Below, piece by piece: positions 57,803 through 64,000 of a stretch of DNA of 64,000 nucleotides. The DNA is from Chrysomallon squamiferum (lineage: Eukaryota > Animalia > Mollusca), in NCBI GenBank assembly GCA_012295275.1, contig CM022668.1:5580001-5644000 (forward strand). The letters are read 5' to 3'. How positions within the stretch are numbered: the stretch's first letter is position 1; every line of letters begins with the position of its first letter. The notes beneath the pieces were generated by a model. The model had not been told where the DNA came from. It searched no databases and saw only the letters and a program-made list of their open reading frames with translations. Both the position numbers and the translations under genes were made by a program.

Positions 57803-59524
57803 GTCAGTCTTAAGTCACATTAAGACTTATTTCCAGATATTTGTATTAAATTTGAATAATTTAATCCAAAACGTATTATCTTTTAAAGACCTCAATAGAC
57901 CTGACTTAAGATTAGCATGGACAAACAGGAACGATAACTTGTAATGGCACAAATTATGTCACAGAAAAAAGCCTCAAGAAATTTCACTGATTTAATGGGT
58001 ACAAACAAGCCCTGCTGTGTATTGAGAGGTGGAACATTGACAACTACAAAAGTTAATACATTAACCTTATTCCGCATTATAATTTCAATTACCTTTATCA
58101 GTGTATATCATAAAAAAGTTCGAAAAATGGACGCAAAATAATTTAATTTGAAAGTTTAAAAATAATTCAGTTTGAAAAGTTTGATTAAGTTGAAAAATCA
58201 GTTATGAAAGGCAAGCGACATCATGGTTTGGTAATATGAACAACCATCCTTATCTTTATCAGTGTAAATAATAAAAAGTTAAAAAAAAAAAAAAAAAAAA
58301 AAAAAACAGACGTAAAAAAAATTGAATTTGGATGTTTAAAAATGTCCGTGAGCTCACGGAAACTTCCGATCGAAATCCAATATGGCAGCGTCGAACGCCG
58401 ATTAATGTTTACAAACGTTTAACTACGTATGCCTTCATAATGCAATCAATTCTACATGAATTATTTAAAGTAATTTGGGGAAATATGTCATTTAATCAAT
58501 GCCTAGTAAACTTTGACGTCATATCACCTCGTACACGTTTCGTACTATATATTTTTTTCAAATATTATTAAGACGTCGTCAGCCAAATAATAATAAATAA
58601 ATAATAAAAAAAAAAATAATAATAATAAAATAAAATAAATAATTTTCACAGACACTGGCGCATGAATATGAAGATGACTGTTCTCATTAGGTACCACAAT
58701 GTGCACACGTTACTCTGCTAAAACTCCATAGCAGACAGCTCTGAGTACGAAGTTGTAAAACGATACTTGAAACCATTATAATTCTTATATATATATATCC
58801 ATTTTCAATGCATTAGAAGTCGTATTTACATGTAAAAAGCAAATTGATTACGTGTTATTTGAATGATTGCCTTGATACATTCATTATAGCGTTTGAATCA
58901 GCTTTACAACCGGCCTTATAAAAAAAAAGTATTAAAAATTAAATTTTCACTCTTATTCGTTAAAACAAAAAAGCATTCAACTTCTAAAACATGTACTATT
59001 ATGTATGCAAACAATGAGTTTCCTATTTTTATTTTTAAAAAAAAGTATTGGTCTATCTAAGTTAGATATGTTTTCGGCCTGGTTCAACTGATATATGAAC
59101 GTAACAAGATATGTCGTTCTTGAATAGGTAATTTTATTTACTTACTGTTTTTTGTTTTTTTAATTTTAATTTTGATTTTAATTTTATTTGTTTTAATTTT
59201 GTTTTATTTTATTTTATCTTATCTTATTTTTATTATTAATTTTTCTTACTATTTTTTTAATGCAAAAATTTACTTCTGCAGACGACCATATAGAGTTATC
59301 GTTCCTGATGGGTTATTATTCTTGGATCCGCTTCACTTCAATAGGTGTATTTTTCCAATACAAGGCAGAATGTGAAAGAAGATAGGTCTAAATGTCCCAA
59401 TTAATGCCTGTCCAAATATTCAGTTTTCATTTTTATCAGTTTCCCAATGTTTCTTTTGTTTTCGGATTTCCAATTACGTCTTTATAAGGGTAATATTTTA
59501 ATGTTGTAATTCGCAATTTCTGAC

Positions 59525-59570
<46 letters not shown>

Positions 59571-59644
59571 TAAGTTGTTACGAGCGACCCAAACTGCCGT
59601 TATCATTGCTATTAATACCTAACAGCATATTTTACTTTTTTTTC

Positions 59645-59693
<49 letters not shown>

Positions 59694-59923
59694 ACCCTTG
59701 CAGATCCTTGTGAAAATTACGTTCCCTTTCCCGACGTGTGCAAAAGAAACTATTTTAACAAACTTAGACCGCTGGACCAGTCGATGTCCGACCGTTCGAT
59801 CTCTACTGATCAGTTCTATGGAAGTCCGGGCTACAGAGTTTTATCTCGATCTCCCTTCGCTACTCTGCAGTGCGGAACATTATTTCCAGTGTGGTTCAGA
59901 GGTATAATAATAACAACAACAAC

Positions 59924-59984
<61 letters not shown>

Positions 59985-60174
59985 TTATCAACAACAACAA
60001 CAATAACAACAACATCAGCAGCAGCAACAACAACTATAATATATTAAGAATGATAATGAGGATAATAATAACAACAACAACAATAATAATTTAAAAAAAT
60101 AATAACAATAATCGTGATAAAAATATAATAATTTTGACAACAGTGATGATGGTGATAATGATAACGGTGACACC

Positions 60175-60230
<56 letters not shown>

Positions 60231-60802
60231 TAATAATAATAACAATAATAATAATACCAGCATCACAACAACTACAACAATAATGACAGTAATAACAACA
60301 AATAATAACAATACAAATAATATTAATTTGATGTAACGACGACACCAGTAAGAAAAATAATCAAATTCAATTTTTTTTTAATTATTATTATTTTCCTTTT
60401 TTTTTTTTTATTTATTTTTTCATTTTTTGGTTATTTTGTTCAATATCGGCAGATTACCCGGTTGAGGGCCCCGTTGGTGATAACGTCACTGTGAAAGCCT
60501 GTGTGTACAGATCACACAGAAACAGTTGTGTTGAACATATTGATGTAAATATTCATTTCTGCAAACGTCTGAATGTATACAAACTTGGACGCACGCCAAG
60601 TTCCTCAGCGTACTGTCTTGGTATGTGTTAGTCCTTCTTTTCTTTATTTCTTTCTATTTTTTCTTTCTTTCTTTCTTTCTTAATTTGATTTCTCTTTTTG
60701 TTTATTGATCTTTATTTTTATTTTTCTATAATTATAGTTTCTTTCGTTTCTTTTCTTTCTTTTCATTCTTTGTGTAATTGTCGTTCTCGTATTTTTGTAT
60801 AT

Positions 60803-60837
<35 letters not shown>

Positions 60838-61081
60838 TCATCATCATCATCATTATTACGCTTATTATTTTTTAAATTTTTATTTTGATATTTATTTTCG
60901 TTTTGTGTAAGTATGTTTTTGTTCAGTTCTATTGTAATGATTTTTGTAGTTTTTGATAATAAAAAGTGTACGAACACAACTTCGTGTCCGCCAAAGACAG
61001 ATTTAACTAACATAACTAAGTGTAGATGTTTAGAAGAACATGGTGGAACGAAATGTTTTGAAGGTAAATCTTGCAATTAAT

Positions 61082-61172
<91 letters not shown>

Positions 61173-61639
61173 AATAAATATGCAGAGAGGGAGAGAGACG
61201 AAGAGAGACTGAGAGAAACAGACAAACATACGGAGAGAGCGAGAACACAATAGAGAACAACAGACACAGATTACAGAGAAAGACAGATATACAGTGGTAC
61301 CTTGACTTATGAGTTTAATTCGTTCCGTAACCGAGCTCGTATCTCAGTTTGCTCGATTATCAAATCAGTTTTCCCAATTGAAATTAATTGAAATACCATT
61401 AACCCGTTCCAGCGCACCAAAAAGCATATCAATTTTTTTGTAATGTGAAGTAAACGAGAGACACGCGTGATGCCGGATGTTACTGTATTCGTTGCGCCAA
61501 CTACCGGCGGCGTGTTTGGAGCTCGCTCGTAACTCGGAATATTGGATCGCAACTCAAATCACAATATCGACCGGACGTCAGCTCGTAACTCGAAAAACTT
61601 GTAAGTTGTGGCAGTCGTAAGTCGAGGTATCACTGTATA

Positions 61640-61680
<41 letters not shown>

Positions 61681-61889
61681 GTATGACTAGAGTTTAATGT
61701 TTCAGTTACAGACTACTGTGCTAGCAGCCCATGTAAAAATGGTGGTACCTGTATTAACACTCTCAAACACTATGCTTGTCAGTGCGACAAAACATTCATT
61801 GGAAGAAACTGCGAAACTAGTGAGTGCTTCTTCTTCTTCTTCTTCCCGTTTTTATGACTTTTGTTTGCTGTTCTTCTTTTATTAATATT

Positions 61890-61932
<43 letters not shown>

Positions 61933-62429
61933 TTATAGCTGGACCTAGTGCTCTTGCTCTCTCTGTAATCCTTGCAGGAACTTCGATTTTTCTGGTATTA
62001 GAGATTCTTGTTATCGCGAGGTTGGTAGTGTCTACGAATTAATAGTTAAAAATTCCTGTTTTTATAGTTAACTCGTGTTTTTGCGAATAAATGATCTAAA
62101 AAGTATTTTCTATATCTAAATGTTATTTTGTTTGAACGATCTATGTCGCCGTTAATAAGAATTCATTAGAATAAAACAAAACTGTTACAGAACATTTGAA
62201 CGCCGCCATTTTACCCAGTCTCAACTGTAGTTATGACGTCAAAACGTGCATGACAGACTTACTTGAGGTTCTTTCGCCTGTCATGCGATAGTGCTTCACA
62301 ACAGCTTGCTCTGATTAGCACGTTAATTTTTTTCAAGGTTCACGGTCATACGATGTCTCATTACTAATGATACAATGAAGGAGTATCTGTTTTAGCTACA
62401 TCTATATGAATATGTGTGCTGCTGTGTCC

Positions 62430-62496
<67 letters not shown>

Positions 62497-62799
62497 GAAC
62501 AGTATACTAAAAGAACGTTAATTATGCTGGTAACCAAAAATCATAAACAGATTACATACGAACCATTTGCTATTTGTAATTTTCTTCTTTTTTTTTTTTT
62601 TTTTTTTAATATTGATTATTTATTTGTTGTTGCAATTATTTTCGCTGTGTTTCTTTTTTCCAGACTTCTAATCATTATCAAAACAAAGAAAGAGAAAAGA
62701 ATTTTGTATTCTGCCTCTTCTACTTCTTCTTCCCCACTGAAGATAAATGTATCTGACAACGTGTTGGAATTCGACAATGAGTTTGAAACAGATTACTAA
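57357..62799 (+). CDS. Type I membrane protein G4: signal peptide, 1x D8C-like, truncated EGF, EGF, TM, Ser/acidic tail (~303 aa, 7 exons)
   Basis: Exons: 57357-57456, 59704-59901, 60453-60620, 60950-61063, 61706-61819 (EGF DYCASSPCKNGGTCINTLKHYACQCDKTFIGRNCE), 61939-62020 (TM), 62664-62799 (...EFETDY*). All are GT-AG; 912 nt in frame. Confidence 0.86.
58157..59053. repeat. ~0.9 kb element in G4 intron 1, inverted copy of 47419-48475
   Basis: Reverse-complement identity to the G1 intron 1 block. Confidence 0.9.
61292..61635. mobile_element. Tc1/mariner superfamily (pogo/Tigger-like) MITE, 344 bp, in G4 intron 4
   Basis: TIRs CAGTGGTACCTTGACTTATGA / TCGTAAGTCGAGGTATCACTG with a TA target duplication on both sides. 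Confidence 0.9.
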
Positions 62800-62809
62800 A
62801 ATCTCCTTC

Positions 62810-62880
<71 letters not shown>

Positions 62881-63489
62881 TCATGGAAAATTGTTTTTGA
62901 TTCAATAAACGAATTTATCAGCAAACTGATATTTTGTATTACAATCAGTAGCAAAGAAGTTAGCAAGAATAATTATGAAATTTATAACAAACAAACCAAA
63001 AAAAAAAAAAATGTCATAATTTTAAAACTGGGTCTGCCATTTTTCTTTTCTGTAGAATTGACGTCACTGCATACAGAGAAATCGTTAACTACACAACAAA
63101 GTACGGGTACAAATAATACCGTTAGAAAACGTATGGCTATCTAAGTATCACAATAAAATAAAATAAAATTATACTCTTACAAAACACCTGGTTATTGGGC
63201 GCTGCCATTTTTCTGTAGTCGTTGCCTAGAAACAAATCGTCACCGCTATAATAAGACATTTTAAAAAAAAATAAGTAGAAAAACAGGGATCTCTGAGCGA
63301 TGCTTTATTTATTTATTTATTTATTTATTTATTTTGTTGTTGTTTTTGTTGCATAGAAAAAAAAAGCATCACAATATTTTAAGAATTTGTTTTAATTAAT
63401 ATTTTTTTTTGTTTTTTTTCATTCTGTTTTCCTTTTTTTTTTTTAAATTATTATTTCATTTATTTTATTTGTTTATTTATTTATTTATT

Positions 63490-63539
<50 letters not shown>

Positions 63540-63672
63540 ATCAATAGCAAATAACTAAATAAAACAAGCTACAACCTTACTAAGAAGGCGTACAAAAGAT
63601 ACACAAACAACACGAACTGAAAATACGAGATCAACACATTTATTACGGGACTTGTTTCTAGCATAGCGCCAC

Positions 63673-63817
63673 CTACAGTCGGTCTCCCTCCCGACTCTGC
63701 GCAGTGAACGACAGCAACGACTCGGACACGGATTTTGACATCGGCGTTCCTTCGTAACTACTTTCAGACGTCGACATTTTTGCCATATTCATCTTTTCAC
63801 GCAGACGTTGTAGCAGT
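63673..63817 (-). CDS. Probable terminal (cytoplasmic tail) exon of a fifth D8C-receptor paralog G5 extending beyond the window
   Basis: 145 nt (1+48 codons) reading R|LLQRLREKMNMAKMSTSESSYEGTPMSKSVSESLLSFTAQSREGDRL*. It has the same phase-2 AG|A-CT start and RLL motif as the last exons of G3 (RLLHIYE) and G4 (RLLIIIK), and is GC-richer than its flanks. The acceptor is weak. Confidence 0.55.
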
Positions 63818-63883
63818 CTTTTTAATTAGAACACGAAAAAGTACAATATCAACAGTAATAATAATAATAATAATAGTCAACAG

Positions 63884-63914
<31 letters not shown>

Positions 63915-64000
63915 TAATAAGTAATAATAATAATAATAATAATCAAATAATAATAATACTAGTAGTAGTAATAATAATAATAATAATAATAATATCAACA

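Overview
This is AT-rich, microsatellite-laden eukaryotic genomic DNA with GT-AG introns. It is probably from a lophotrochozoan invertebrate such as a mollusc, which is an inference from gene content and repeat style. Most ORF-track entries are microsatellite artefacts; the real genes are spliced and were rebuilt by hand. Left to right: (1) a ~3 kb tandem duplication with possible minus-strand UTR exons (1-7 kb). (2) An intact two-exon BTB-BACK-PHR gene (minus, 10.6-12.1 kb) and an inverted pseudogene copy (18.3-19.2 kb), among hAT, pogo-like and L1/Tx1 relics. (3) After a 200-N gap, a duplicated locus encoding a secreted protein of tandem six-cysteine clip/beta-defensin-like modules joined by 9-12 nt proline micro-exons. 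It has one intact ~243 aa gene and three damaged copies, and its exons diverge much faster than its introns. (4) A cluster of at least five paralogous type I membrane protein genes built from an atypical 7-Cys D8C (UMOD/GP2/OIT3-like) domain plus a truncated odd-Cys EGF remnant, then EGF, TM and an acidic/Ser-rich tail. Three are complete models (one with a frame-disrupted internal exon), one is a pseudogene, and one is represented only by its terminal exon. No rRNA, tRNA or CRISPR was seen.
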